The notes under the pieces are model-generated. The model searched no databases and was not told the origin of the DNA. It saw nothing but the letters and a program-made list of their open reading frames with translations. A stretch of 64,000 bases of DNA, taken from assembly GCA_049969855.1 (NCBI GenBank), contig JBMFOB010000002.1, positions 38,456 through 102,455 of the forward strand, in the 5' to 3' direction. Made by a program: the position numbers and the translations under genes. Source of the DNA: Candidatus Bathyarchaeia archaeon (GTDB taxonomy: Archaea; Thermoproteota; Bathyarchaeia; Bathyarchaeales; Bathycorpusculaceae). Shown here piece by piece: positions 47,233 through 58,851 of this stretch. The first letter of the stretch is position 1; each line of letters begins with the position of its first letter.

Positions 47233-48195
47233 CTAAGTTGCAAGAATCCTAGCCAATCTCAGAAGATTTAAGTCTAAAGGCTTTTCTTTGCTGCAAGATT
47301 CTTCAAGCTCCATGCTTGTTATTTTTCCGTTCTGCAATCCAACAATTCTGCTTCCATTTTCCTTCAGTAAAAGCTCAACTGCATGGTTTGCGAAGAGGCT
47401 GGCTAAAAGTCTGCTTCTAGCCGTGGGGTTTCCGCCTCTTTGTGCATAACCTAAAATGCTGAGCCTAACTTCTGCGCCAGTATGCCTTTGAATTTCCTTT
47501 GCAATTTTATGTGTGTCGCCGACGCCTTCTGCTGCCACAATTATGCCTGAACGTTTTCCTTTTGCGCTGTTTTCTTTGATTATTTTGAAAATTTCTTCTA
47601 AGCTCATCTTTTCTTCTGGAACCAATATCACTTCTGCGCCCACAGTTAAGCCTACCGTTGCCGCTAGAAATCCTCTTGTTCTTCCCATAACTTCAACTAT
47701 GAAAATTCTTTCGTGCGATATTGCTGTGTCTCGAATTTTGTCAATTTCACTAACAGCCGTGTTTACAGCAGTGTCAAAACCTATGGTTTCTTCCGTGCCA
47801 TAAACATCATTGTCTATGGTTGCTGGAACCCCAATTATTAGCGTGTCTGTTTTTCTACTTAAATTTAAAGCTCCCTTGAAGGAGCCGTTACCGCCAATAA
47901 CAATTAAACCGTCAACTTTGTTTAGCGCTAGAGTTTTGGCAGCCTTCTTTAACCCTTCTGTTCGTTTAAATTGTGGGCATCTTGAAGTGCGAAGAATTGT
48001 GCCTCCCAACTGGATTATGCCGCCCACTGAGCGGGGATTAAGCTCTCTAAAAGTGTTTGTTAACAAGCCTTCCCATCCCCTTTCAAAACCAAAAACCCTT
48101 AAACCGTTGGCATATGCAATGCGTACAATGGCGCGGATAGCAGCATTCATTCCAGGCGCATCTCCACCACTTGTAACAACGCCTATCCTTTTCAA
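47233..48195 (-). CDS. pfkA: PfkA-family 6-phosphofructokinase with ATP-type signature
   Basis: GGDAPGMN, GGNG, PATIDND, MGR. Confidence 0.92.
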   Translation of the reverse strand: MKRIGVVTSGGDAPGMNAAIRAIVRIAYANGLRVFGFERGWEGLLTNTFRELNPRSVGGIIQLGGTILRTSRCPQFKRTEGLKKAAKTLALNKVDGLIVIGGNGSFKGALNLSRKTDTLIIGVPATIDNDVYGTEETIGFDTAVNTAVSEIDKIRDTAISHERIFIVEVMGRTRGFLAATVGLTVGAEVILVPEEKMSLEEIFKIIKENSAKGKRSGIIVAAEGVGDTHKIAKEIQRHTGAEVRLSILGYAQRGGNPTARSRLLASLFANHAVELLLKENGSRIVGLQNGKITSMELEESCSKEKPLDLNLLRLARILAT

Positions 48196-48295
48196 ATCTT
48201 ATTCATCTCCAAATTTAGAACGGCTTTAAACAGAATGTGTTGTTACGACAAAAATAATTTGCCCTATTCTATAAATGCTTTGTAAGGTGAAAGCC

Positions 48296-48616
48296 TTGAA
48301 AAAAGAGTATGCAATTGTCTTAGTAACAACTGCGAATAGGGAAGAAGCAGAAAAAATTTCGAAGGCTTTGCTTAATGAAAGATTGATTGTATGCGCTAAC
48401 ATAATTGGTCCAATCTCATCGCTTTTCTGGTGGCGTGAAAAAATCGAAAGTGCAGAAGAATATGTGCTCTTGATGAAAACTCGCTTTGACATGTTTGAAA
48501 AGCTTGTTGAAAAAGTCAAAGTCATACATACTTATGAGGTCCCAGAAATAATCGCCATACCAATCATCCAAGGATTCAAACCTTACCTAGAATGGCTTAA
48601 CAACTCGCTAAGGTAA
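48296..48616 (+). CDS. cutA: Divalent-cation tolerance protein
   Basis: CANI..I.S.FWW, H.YEVPEII. Confidence 0.92.
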   Translation: MKKEYAIVLVTTANREEAEKISKALLNERLIVCANIIGPISSLFWWREKIESAEEYVLLMKTRFDMFEKLVEKVKVIHTYEVPEIIAIPIIQGFKPYLEWLNNSLR

Positions 48617-48685
48617 AGTTTTATCCTAAGTCCAACATATAGACCCACTTTCGATATTGCAGAATCCTCCTCAAGCAAGAAAAGC

Positions 48686-49640
48686 TTAATGGAAAGATTT
48701 TTCGTAGGTTAAGTACTTCTCAACAACTTTGAATCCTATCTTCTCATAAAGTCTTATGGCTTCAGTCTCGTTGAGATCATCAACGTCCAACATGGCCTTG
48801 GTCATCTGTTGGGTTCTAAGAAACCTGAGCCCATGAAGCACCAATGCGGTGCCAATACCAGTCCTTCTGTAGTCTCTTCGGACGCCTAAGCCTAGGATTG
48901 CGCCTGTTTTGACTTTCCTTTCTGAATTATATTTTTCATCTATGGCAACGATGATAAAACCAACACATTTCCGGTCCAACATTGCGAAGAAACCTTTAAA
49001 ACAAGAATACGGATTGTTTTTCAGGAAATGTCTAATCTCTTCTGTGGTGCTTGGTTGAAAATTAAATCGCCCTTGTCCACATTCGTTTCGAAGCGCATTT
49101 AGTTCCTCAATATCTTCTTCAACGTGTTCGCGGAATGGTCTTATATTACACCTTTTGTTCACCTTGATGTCGGATGGAATCCTCGCTAGGTCAATCTCCA
49201 TTAAACTAGTTTTGCGAATTATGTTGAAACCCAACTCTTCTAGGGGCTTGACATGGTTGTTTTCTTTTGGGTCAAACCAACGCAGCCGTGGCACAAGTAT
49301 AGTATTCACTTTTCTTTTTTCTAGTCGACCTACTACAAATCTCACGATTTCTTTCCACATCAGACTCATGTAGTTTTGGAATGATGGCAAGGTCATCGAC
49401 AACGCCCCTTCTTTCATCATTTACTCTTTCCTCAAAAACGTGAACCACACCAACAGGATTTCCGTCAAGCTCTGCTATCCATCTTTCACTATACAATAAA
49501 TTTGAATCTCTCTGCAACTCTTTAAGAAACTCTTCAACAGTAATTTTTCTCCAATCTCTGAACTTTTCATAAGCAGCATTCAACACATAAACCCATGTTG
49601 ACTCATCATGATCTTTAATGAACTTTCGAATCCTTAGCAT
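48686..49640 (-). pseudogene. Tandem-domain GNAT acetyltransferase split by a frameshift near 49355
   Basis: First GNAT half in ORF 49272-49640, second in 48686-49420 (V..DYRRTGIG, LYEKIGF). Confidence 0.75.
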
Positions 49641-49908
49641 AAATCCCTACCTCCACATCCCATTTTCAAGTATATATTCAGAGCTGATTTGACTTAAGAT
49701 TTACTCACGCATTGTAATCACAAATCATTACCATGGCGAGACTCTACTCAAAGCTGCCGTCACAAGGTTAAATGTCTATCAATCGTCTGAATTAAGAATG
49801 TTTAAACTCGAAACACTTGACAAACTGTGTTTATTTTGTTTGTTTCCTCTCTATCTTTGTTTGGTTTGGCGGTAAAGTTTTATAGTTTCGAATTGCCATG
49901 AATGTTTT

Positions 49909-50227
49909 GGCGGTGGGTCTTAGGCGGGGGGCTAGGGGTCCCCTGCACCGTAAACCCTCTATACGACGGGCCGAAAGCTGAGGCTGAGGCATCTGTGGCT
50001 GCTGAAACCCTTCACTTCCGAAACAAAGACTACCCGTCCCTCGGGGCTGACGGTCGCTGGGCTGCTTCCGTAGGGAAGCTGTCTCCAGCGTTTGTCAGGT
50101 GAACCTGGCCAGGCCCGGGAGGGAGCAACCTAAGTCTGGACGTTTAGCGCTCGAGGGGGTGCGGGTACGAGTGTAGGTTTGAGGGGTTCGGCGGATTCTG
50201 GATGTCGAACCTCAGTGACCCACCGCC
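49909..50227 (+). ncRNA. ffs: Archaeal SRP (7S) RNA
   Basis: GC-rich; GGCGGTGGGTC/GACCCACCGCC helix 1, CGTAAA Alu motif, GCCAGGCCC-GGGA-GGGAGCA helix 8; TTTTATA upstream and T run downstream. Confidence 0.93.
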
Positions 50228-50269
50228 TTTTAAATATGTTATAGTGCTTTTATAGTAGTGTGAATTGTT

Positions 50270-51814
50270 ATGGGCTTTCCCGAAAAGTTTCTTTGGGGCG
50301 TATCCATAAGCGGTTTTCAATTTGAGATGGGTGATGCTGCTGGAAAAAATGTAGACGCCAATACAGATTGGTATGTTTGGGTGCATGATGCCCAAAACAT
50401 AAAGAAAGGCTTGGTGAGCGGCAACTTGCCAGAAAACGGCATAGACTACTGGAACTTGTATGCAAAAGACCATGACATTGCCAAAAGGCTTGGGTTAAAC
50501 GCCTACCGTATTGGCGTGGAGTGGAGCAGAATCTTTCCAAAAAGCACAAACGCCGTGGAGGTTGGTGTTGAGAAGGCGTCTGATGGCAATTTTTCTAGGA
50601 TAGATGTTGACGACAAAGCCTTGGAAGAGCTTGGAAAGTTGGCGAATAAGGAAGCGTTAAACCATTATAGAGCTATGATAGAGGACTTGAGGGCGAAGGG
50701 GTTCAAGGTTTTTGTTTGCTTAAACCATTTCACGCTTCCCTTGTGGATTCATGACCCAATAGCCGTTCGCAGCACGAAGCTGAAGAAGGGCGCGAAGGGA
50801 TGGCTTGACAAACGAACCATAATCGAGTTTGCAAAATATGCGGCTTATGTGGCTTGGAATTTTGGAGACGTCGTGGATAATTGGGCGGTTTTTAATGAGC
50901 CTATGGCTGTATGTGAAGCTGGCTATATGATTCCAGAGTCTGGTTTTCCGCCTGGAATAAGCAGTTTCAAGGCTGTTAAGGAAGCAGCCAAAAACATGGT
51001 TGTTGCTTATACCCGTGCTTATGATGTTATAAAAAGGGTGGATACTGTTAAAGCGGATGAGGATAGCTCAAGCCCAGCGAATGTGGGTTTGATACATAAT
51101 GTGATACCAGCAAAACCCTTCGACGAAAAAGAAGAGTTACACGTTATGGCGGCTAAATTTATGGATGACATGCATAATCACTTCTTTCCTCAAGCTGTTA
51201 CTTACGGCTGGTTGGATGAAAACTTCACTGGAATAAAAGAAAAAGCGGAAATGAAAGATTATTTGAAGCAGCGTGTTGACTGGCTTGGCGTAAACTATTA
51301 CACAAGATTTGTGATTAAAGGTAGAAAATCGCTTTTAGCCAAAATTTTTGCTGGAATCCCAGCCATTCCAAACATAATGCAGAATTATGGTTTTGCATGT
51401 CAACCAAAAAGCAAATCAGCAGACGGCATGCCCACATCAGACCTTGGATGGGAAATCTTTCCAGAAGGCTTACGTGAAGCCTTAAAGGCGATGAACAGAT
51501 ACGAGCGTCCTCTGTACGTGACGGAGAATGGAATAGCAGATGAAAAAGACGAGCTTAGACCAAAATTCATTGCCTACCACCTCAAAATGCTTGAAAAGGC
51601 GCTGAATGAAGAGAAAATTGACGTTCGAGGCTATTTTCACTGGTCTTTAACTGACAATTATGAATGGGCTAACGGTTTCAAAATGAAGTTCGGCTTGTTT
51701 GCTGTTGACCTCAAAACCAAAAAGCGGACAATGCGAAAAAGCGCAAAAGTGTACAAGAAAATAATAGAAGAAGGATTTACTGAAAACCTAGAGGGTAAGG
51801 TCCGTATTGGTTGA
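50270..51814 (+). CDS. GH1 beta-galactosidase/glucosidase
   Basis: FPEKFLWG..SGFQFE, NEP, TENG, WSLTDNYEW. Confidence 0.93.
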   Translation: MGFPEKFLWGVSISGFQFEMGDAAGKNVDANTDWYVWVHDAQNIKKGLVSGNLPENGIDYWNLYAKDHDIAKRLGLNAYRIGVEWSRIFPKSTNAVEVGVEKASDGNFSRIDVDDKALEELGKLANKEALNHYRAMIEDLRAKGFKVFVCLNHFTLPLWIHDPIAVRSTKLKKGAKGWLDKRTIIEFAKYAAYVAWNFGDVVDNWAVFNEPMAVCEAGYMIPESGFPPGISSFKAVKEAAKNMVVAYTRAYDVIKRVDTVKADEDSSSPANVGLIHNVIPAKPFDEKEELHVMAAKFMDDMHNHFFPQAVTYGWLDENFTGIKEKAEMKDYLKQRVDWLGVNYYTRFVIKGRKSLLAKIFAGIPAIPNIMQNYGFACQPKSKSADGMPTSDLGWEIFPEGLREALKAMNRYERPLYVTENGIADEKDELRPKFIAYHLKMLEKALNEEKIDVRGYFHWSLTDNYEWANGFKMKFGLFAVDLKTKKRTMRKSAKVYKKIIEEGFTENLEGKVRIG

Positions 51815-51905
51815 TTTTTGCGCCAAAAGTATGTAGAAAAGCTGCAAACTTTGGAAAATGCTAAATCTATTTTAAAGCTATATCCTAACACTGTTGGAGT
51901 TTAGC

Positions 51906-52943
51906 ATGACATATAACGAGGTTCGTAAGGATTACTTGCTTGACCGTTGGGTCGTCATCGCCACAGAACGCGGTCGCCGCCCAACAGACTTCGTCAAAAA
52001 GGAAAGGCAGACGGCTAAGGCTGGTGTTTGTCCAATGTGTCCAGGCAACGAAAACATGACTCCGCCAGCAGTTCTTGCCTACATCAAATCTGGAAAAGGC
52101 ATAAGAAAAGTCAAAGAGAAGAATGGTTTTCGCTATAAGAATTGGCTTATTCGATGCGTTCCAAACCTTTACCCTGCCTTTACTCCGCCTAAAGAAGGAG
52201 CAAGCCCAAAACAGTTTCTGAAAAGTGATAACTTAGGCATGGCTGTTGGGCATCATGAAGTTTTAATTGAATCTCCAAACCATGATGCGCATCCAGCAGA
52301 CGCAGAAATTCCGCAACTGGTTCATGTTATTAACGGTTACATTGACAGGTTTCGTGAGCTTTCAGCAAAACCCTACGTGCAGTATGTTTCCATATTTCGA
52401 AACCATGGTTTAGAGGCTGGAGCTTCGCTTTCTCATGCTCACAGTCAAATAATTGCCATGCCTTTTATTCCGAAAATTGTTGCAGAAGAGATTAAAGCGA
52501 GCAGAAAATTTTGGAAGCAAAATGGAGAATGCGCATTCTGCAGCATTATGGAAAAAGAGAGAGATAGCCCAAGACTTGTTCTTGAAAACTCCAATTTTTT
52601 GGTTTTTACACCATATGCAAGTGTAAACCCTTTAGAGTTTTGGATACTTCCAAAAAGGCATGAAGCCACACTGCTTGACATGACGCAGAGAGAAGTGAAA
52701 ACTTTTGCTGAAACATTAAAAGCTTGCTTTAAAGGACTGAAAATTTTGGTAAATGACCCACCATACAATTATGGTTTCCATCAAATCATAGACAAGAGCG
52801 CACGAGAACATTATCATTGGCATTTGGAAGTTTATCCACAACTAGCAACATGGGCTGGGTTCGAAAAAAGCACAGGCGTATACATAAACACTGTTACGCC
52901 GGAAGTTGCTGCAGAAAGCCTTAGAACAACAATTTCAGCTTAA
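51906..52943 (+). CDS. galT: Galactose-1-phosphate uridylyltransferase family
   Basis: R..RP, CPMCPGNE, HEV, GASLSHAHSQ. Confidence 0.92.
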   Translation: MTYNEVRKDYLLDRWVVIATERGRRPTDFVKKERQTAKAGVCPMCPGNENMTPPAVLAYIKSGKGIRKVKEKNGFRYKNWLIRCVPNLYPAFTPPKEGASPKQFLKSDNLGMAVGHHEVLIESPNHDAHPADAEIPQLVHVINGYIDRFRELSAKPYVQYVSIFRNHGLEAGASLSHAHSQIIAMPFIPKIVAEEIKASRKFWKQNGECAFCSIMEKERDSPRLVLENSNFLVFTPYASVNPLEFWILPKRHEATLLDMTQREVKTFAETLKACFKGLKILVNDPPYNYGFHQIIDKSAREHYHWHLEVYPQLATWAGFEKSTGVYINTVTPEVAAESLRTTISA

Positions 52944-55019
52944 AACTTGCAGAATTTCCCTTTCATATTTTGGTCTAATCTGTATGACATCTTCCACATA
53001 TGCCCTAAAAGGTTCTGCAATGCTCCATGCTTGGGCTATGCACCCTCTCGGCGTGTGAGGCGGGTCTCCATCAAAAATTTCGCTTATTGTGCCCAAGCCA
53101 GCCTTAAAAATTTGTTCAGTGAAAAGCGGCAAAAGGAAGTTTTTCACGGCATATTCTCTTCTAAAATCTGCATAACCCTTCGCTTTCAGGTAGGCTTTCG
53201 TGAAGGGACCTAAAAGCCAAGGCCAAACAGTGCCATTATGGTAGGCTTTGTCTCTGCTTCTTCTGTCTCCAGCATAAACCCCAACGTATTTTGGGTCGTT
53301 TCTTGTGAGGGTTCTTAAACCGTAAGGCGTTAAAAGTTCACGTTGCACAACATCCACTATTTTTTCGCTTTTTGTTTTATCCAGCATTGTGAAGTCTAAG
53401 GCTACGGCAATTATTTGATTAGGCCTTAAAGAAGTATCCTTTCCATTTTCACTTATGACATCGAACAAAAAGTTCTTTTCTGCATTCCAAAACTTTTCAA
53501 CAAAACTTTCTTTCGCCTTTTCAGCAATATGAGCATATTTTTCCGCTTCACTTTTTTCTTTGAACTTGTCAGCCAAAATCTCCATAATCCTTAGCGCATT
53601 ATACCATAATGCTTGAGCCTCAACGGCTTTTCCGCCTCTCGGGGTTACTGGTTGTCCATCTACAACCGTGTCCATCCATGTTAATTGTGGATTATGAGTG
53701 AGCAATCCGTCAGCGTCTAAGCGTATGCCGAAGACTGTTCCTTTAATATGGTTTTCCATAATTGACTTTAGGGTATCCCACAACTGTTCTTTAACGAATT
53801 TGAAGTCGTCTGTATACTTTAGATATTGTAGTATTGCATTAACAAACCAGAAGCTTGCGTCAACAGTGTTGTAGGCTGGTTCTCTTGATTGTTCCGGCAA
53901 AAAGTTTGGGATTAAACCATCTTTGCAATGTTTTTGAAATGCCAAGAAAGTTTTCCTCGCATCCTCAAATCTTCCAGTCACAAGCATCAAGCCTGGCAGA
54001 GAAATGAATGTGTCTCTTCCCCAAATTTCAAACCAGTGGTAACCCGCAATAACAGCCCTTTCTAAATCGTTCAATCCTTTAACTATAAACGTGTCTGTTG
54101 CCAGAACAATCCAGCTTAACCAATCTTTTTCATTAACGTTTAAGTGTTCTTCGTAAAATTTTGCCAAAAAGTTTTTGCGTCGTTCTATTTCTCTTTCGTA
54201 TAGGGCTTCTACATCATAAGCTGAAGAGGGTGCTCCATAAAGGCTTCTTTTTGCGGCATCCTCGTTTTCGCTTGCAACAAAAATAGTTGCGAAACTTTCG
54301 TTTGTGCCAGCTTTCACATTAACTTCTACGTATCCTGGTTGAAAACAGTCGTCTATGCATGTTTCTCCTCGCATGGATTCTTCGCGGTAAAAGATTCTTT
54401 CAATCCACTTCTCAGAAGCATAATAATTACCGCTTGTTGTTTTCATCATGAGCACAGACTGGGGGTTACTGAAGCAAATTTCTACTTCTTTGTCTTCTTG
54501 CTTCTGAGTGATTGTTCCAAAAATTTTCCATTTATCAGTTACGGAGTGCATATGCCTGCTGTTTATCAGTGGAAAAATCCTAATTTTGACGTCTAAACCG
54601 TTTTTATTCAAAACTTTGTAAAGGCTTAATACGGCATTTTTCTCATGATGCATAAAAATTATTTTTTGAACTTCCGCATTCTGCACTGTATAAACGTATT
54701 TTGGGAAGGGTGAAATTGAAAACTCCTTTAAGAATAAGTGCCCTTTGGGGAAAATTCCATTTTCGAACTCGTTGGCGCCAAGCGGATAAACATTGTTTCC
54801 GACGCTTACTTCTTCGTCAAGCTTAGATAGGCATACTCTGCGGTCTCCCGGCGGATGAAAAGCGGCAACAAGCAATCCATGATATTTTCTTGTGTTTATG
54901 CCTAAAACTGTGGATGAAGCGTAACCGCCTAAACCATTTGTTATAATCCATTCCTTTTTGATTGCGTCTTCGAAGTTTGAAAGTTTTTCATGGTTCAGAT
55001 TTATGGATGGCAATTTCAT
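52935..55019 (-). CDS. Amylo-alpha-1,6-glucosidase (glycogen debranching enzyme)
   Basis: EWIITNGLGGY, AGYHWF..WGRDT, TWMD, YHNGTVWPW, QAWS. Confidence 0.93.
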   Translation of the reverse strand: MKLPSINLNHEKLSNFEDAIKKEWIITNGLGGYASSTVLGINTRKYHGLLVAAFHPPGDRRVCLSKLDEEVSVGNNVYPLGANEFENGIFPKGHLFLKEFSISPFPKYVYTVQNAEVQKIIFMHHEKNAVLSLYKVLNKNGLDVKIRIFPLINSRHMHSVTDKWKIFGTITQKQEDKEVEICFSNPQSVLMMKTTSGNYYASEKWIERIFYREESMRGETCIDDCFQPGYVEVNVKAGTNESFATIFVASENEDAAKRSLYGAPSSAYDVEALYEREIERRKNFLAKFYEEHLNVNEKDWLSWIVLATDTFIVKGLNDLERAVIAGYHWFEIWGRDTFISLPGLMLVTGRFEDARKTFLAFQKHCKDGLIPNFLPEQSREPAYNTVDASFWFVNAILQYLKYTDDFKFVKEQLWDTLKSIMENHIKGTVFGIRLDADGLLTHNPQLTWMDTVVDGQPVTPRGGKAVEAQALWYNALRIMEILADKFKEKSEAEKYAHIAEKAKESFVEKFWNAEKNFLFDVISENGKDTSLRPNQIIAVALDFTMLDKTKSEKIVDVVQRELLTPYGLRTLTRNDPKYVGVYAGDRRSRDKAYHNGTVWPWLLGPFTKAYLKAKGYADFRREYAVKNFLLPLFTEQIFKAGLGTISEIFDGDPPHTPRGCIAQAWSIAEPFRAYVEDVIQIRPKYEREILQVLS

Positions 55020-55901
55020 TTACATCATCAGTTTTGCAACGTTTTTCTCTTTTGCAACTGCGAAAAAGTTTGCCACTGGATTACATTTAGTTCTGAAAAA
55101 TAATGCATGAGGCTTCTTGAGTTTATATTCTGTTAATGTTTCGGCATATCCCATGCCCTTGGCGAAAACCAAATCCACGCTATTATAAACTTCCATGAAT
55201 TCTTTGGAAACTTCATTTATGGCTAAACCAACGGCGTCTGTTCCCGTGGTAATCACTTTGTCAGCAATCTTTTTCATTCCTGAAACTTCTGCATCTTCTA
55301 ACGTTGCATCATTAATTACTGGTTTATCTTTAACAGCAACTGTCACTTTTGCGCCCATGTTCTTTAACTGTTCAACAAGCAATGTGTCGAAGACAATTTC
55401 GCCCGCATTATCAGTCAAATAGAGGATTGTTGTGGCTTTTTTTGCCAATTCGTAAATCTTACTTGAGTCATCAATGGCAAGGTCTTTGCTAGCGTTTTTG
55501 AAAAGCTTTCCGATGCCGCCAAATGTGAAGTTGTGGCCTGGAATGTCAAATTCAATTACGTTGCCGACAATGCTGCACAAAATTGCCCTTTTGAATCTAT
55601 CTTCTTGTGCATAGCCTTCTTCCACAATTTTTTTGGCGAAAGGCAATATTTTCAAAGCTTTTTCGTTGCTTATTCTTTTATTTCTTTTGTAGGGGTCTTC
55701 GTTTCCAGAGACCCATTTTATAATGCGGTCCCTTTTTGTGCCGAGGTTTGCTGGGACGGCTGTTGGCTTGAATTCTTTGTTTAGGAATTTTATTACTTCT
55801 GCCATTGCTCTAAAGCGTAAGGCTGGATTTGTTGTGGCTTCCATGATTTCTGCTGCTGCTCTGTTGATTATGCATGCAGCGCATTCGGCTTCAACTTTCA
55901 A
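55020..55901 (-). CDS. DUF89/ARMT1-like damage-control phosphatase
   Basis: CAAC, DPY, GN, DNAGE..FD, INDAT, KGMGY.E, KC. Confidence 0.9.
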   Translation of the reverse strand: MKVEAECAACIINRAAAEIMEATTNPALRFRAMAEVIKFLNKEFKPTAVPANLGTKRDRIIKWVSGNEDPYKRNKRISNEKALKILPFAKKIVEEGYAQEDRFKRAILCSIVGNVIEFDIPGHNFTFGGIGKLFKNASKDLAIDDSSKIYELAKKATTILYLTDNAGEIVFDTLLVEQLKNMGAKVTVAVKDKPVINDATLEDAEVSGMKKIADKVITTGTDAVGLAINEVSKEFMEVYNSVDLVFAKGMGYAETLTEYKLKKPHALFFRTKCNPVANFFAVAKEKNVAKLMM

Positions 55902-55903
55902 AG

Positions 55904-56605
<702 letters not shown>

Positions 56606-56691
56606 TCACCTATTTAGCGTTAACGTTAACTCTTAATATTATTTTAGAATAAAAAACTGGATACTTATTGTGCATAATGTTGCTGAGAGCA

Positions 56692-57246
56692 TTAACGCCT
56701 TTTTTCTGGAACGAAAACCGCTGCTGCAATGGCTGTTGTCCATAAACCGTTTTTGTCTCCTGTTGCCGACTGCGTTATGTTTGTCGTCTTGATTATCATT
56801 CCGCTGGTTTTGAAAAGCTGTTTTCTCTCATCCCAGGCGGTTTGCGGGTCAAAGGGTATTCCCATGGTTGTAGCCAACATTGTTGCAGCCAAATCCTCAG
56901 CATAATCCCCAGCAGTCTCGTCTGTTTGTCCAAAAGAATGGTGTTCAGAAAGGTAACCATAGTGGCTTTTGCCTGAGGGGATGGCTACTCCTATTGAGGC
57001 GGCAATCAGCCTGTGCGGCTCATTTGTTGAGTTTCTGGCTATGACAACGAATGTTATTTCGCCTGGTTTTAGCATTTTTAGTCCTCTTTCTCTGCTTATG
57101 AGCTTGCAGCCTGGCGGTATTATGCTTGAAACGTTCACTATGTTGCAATGTTGTATTCCAGCGTTTCTTAGGGCTAATTCGAAAGATTGCAGTTGCTCCT
57201 TATGTTTGCCGACTCCTTTTGTTAGAAACAAATATTTGGGAATCAT
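56692..57246 (-). CDS. pdaD: Pyruvoyl-dependent arginine decarboxylase
   Basis: SFELALR.AGI...N.V.VSSI.P, GYLSEHH. Confidence 0.92.
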   Translation of the reverse strand: MIPKYLFLTKGVGKHKEQLQSFELALRNAGIQHCNIVNVSSIIPPGCKLISRERGLKMLKPGEITFVVIARNSTNEPHRLIAASIGVAIPSGKSHYGYLSEHHSFGQTDETAGDYAEDLAATMLATTMGIPFDPQTAWDERKQLFKTSGMIIKTTNITQSATGDKNGLWTTAIAAAVFVPEKRR

Positions 57247-57367
57247 TTTGCTTTTTCGCAATAGAATAAATAAAATACGCTTATTAGTTTTTTGTTTCCA
57301 TTTTTGGTGCGAATTAGGGAAAAGAATAACAAAGCTTGGCATATAATTATTTTTGAGGTCATGCTAA

Positions 57368-58552
57368 GTGTCATATCGTCGCAGCGTATTCCGAGATGAA
57401 ACGAAGCTTGACATAAACTATGTTCCTTACAAGCTTCCGCATAGAGACAAGGAACTGCGCTTGCTTATGGAGTTTTTCAGTTTTATATGGCAGTCCCCAT
57501 GGAATATGGCTCAAAGGGTTATAATAGCTGGCGATGTTGGCACTGGCAAAACTGCCCTTTCCCAACGCTTCGGAGCAGACATCACCCGAGAAGCAGACAA
57601 GCGTAAAATGAACATTCGATACGTGCATGTTAACTGCCGCGAATATCGCGGAAACCTCCTCCTCATCGTTCACCACGCAATCTCTATTTTCCACCCAAAC
57701 TTTCCAAGAAGGGGCTACTCAGCAGAAGAGCTCCTTCGCATTTTCTTACAAATTTTGGATGATGAAAACGCATATGTAATCTTAGCCCTAGACGAGTTTG
57801 AGAGTTTAGTTGAAAGGGAAGGCTCCGAAGCTGTTTACAAGCTTACTCGGTTGCAGGAAATTAGGCAGAATAAGCCTCAGAGACTTTCGCTCCTATGCAT
57901 TTTAAGAAACTTGGAGGTGATTGAACGGTTAGATGCCAGCACCAGGAGTACTCTGCAGTCTAACCTAATTCAGCTTGAAAAATACTCGAAGCCTCAGCTA
58001 ATAGACATTCTTAATGACCGTGTTTCTCTAGCTTTTAAGCCGTTGACGGTGCTTGATGATTCTGTAAATTTGATAGCTGAACTTGCATATTCTGAAGGCG
58101 GAAACGCTCGTTTCGCCATTGAACTGCTTTGGAGGGCTGGAAAATACGCTGATGCTGAAGATTTAGGTGCGGTTACGCCGGAATGCGTTAGAAAAGCAGT
58201 TTCAAGCATAATTCCAACTTTACGAAAAAGCGATTTAGCCCCTTTGGGTTTTCATGAAAAACTCTTCTTGCTTGGCCTAACAAGGCTTTTGAAGGAAAGT
58301 CAAAAGGCTTACGTTTCCCTTGCAGAGGCAGAAAAAGCCTACAATGTTGTTTGCGAAGAATTCCATCAGCATCCTCACAGTCACACGCAGTTGTGGAAGT
58401 ATTTGCAGCTTCTCTCTGCTTTAGGTATACTAACCACAGAAGTGTCCGTTGTGGGTTCTCGCGGAAGGTCGACAATTATTTATTTGCCTAGAATTCCAGT
58501 TGATGAATTGGAGAGGGAATTGAGCAAGCTTTTGGAAGGGGAAGGAGCGTGA
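57368..58552 (+). CDS. cdc6: Orc1/Cdc6 family AAA+ protein
   Basis: YVP..LPHR, GDVGTGKT, DEFE, GNARFAI, C-terminal wHTH with GRST. Confidence 0.92.
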   Translation: MSYRRSVFRDETKLDINYVPYKLPHRDKELRLLMEFFSFIWQSPWNMAQRVIIAGDVGTGKTALSQRFGADITREADKRKMNIRYVHVNCREYRGNLLLIVHHAISIFHPNFPRRGYSAEELLRIFLQILDDENAYVILALDEFESLVEREGSEAVYKLTRLQEIRQNKPQRLSLLCILRNLEVIERLDASTRSTLQSNLIQLEKYSKPQLIDILNDRVSLAFKPLTVLDDSVNLIAELAYSEGGNARFAIELLWRAGKYADAEDLGAVTPECVRKAVSSIIPTLRKSDLAPLGFHEKLFLLGLTRLLKESQKAYVSLAEAEKAYNVVCEEFHQHPHSHTQLWKYLQLLSALGILTTEVSVVGSRGRSTIIYLPRIPVDELERELSKLLEGEGA

Positions 58553-58558
58553 AAGGCG

Positions 58559-58831
58559 ATGGATGTGGAGGATGTTTTTTCTTCAAGGCTTAGAATTAAA
58601 GTTTTGAAAATGTTAATGCAGATGAGCGAGCTTAATGTTTCCGAAATTGCCCGCAGATTGAATGTAAACTACAACACGACAATTAAACACTTGAAAATTT
58701 TAGAAGATGAAGGTATCGTTTGCCACAAAGTTTTTGGAAGAATCCACCTCTATAGGCTTGATGAAAACTCGCCAAAGACCAGAGCATTACAAAATCTTTT
58801 GGATGTTTGGGAACATGCAAATAAGCAATAA
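58559..58831 (+). CDS. ArsR-like wHTH protein
   Basis: ELNVSEIARRL...HLKILEDEGIV. Confidence 0.85.
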   Translation: MDVEDVFSSRLRIKVLKMLMQMSELNVSEIARRLNVNYNTTIKHLKILEDEGIVCHKVFGRIHLYRLDENSPKTRALQNLLDVWEHANKQ

Positions 58832-58851
58832 GCCACATTAACTATTCCTAA

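Noticed and set aside
49902-50473. Track ORFs over the GC-rich segment
   Set aside because: Explained by the SRP RNA and the antisense of the GH1 gene
57247-57367. Replication origin upstream of cdc6
   Set aside because: Only about 120 bp with one partial TGGAAACAAA match; no repeated ORBs
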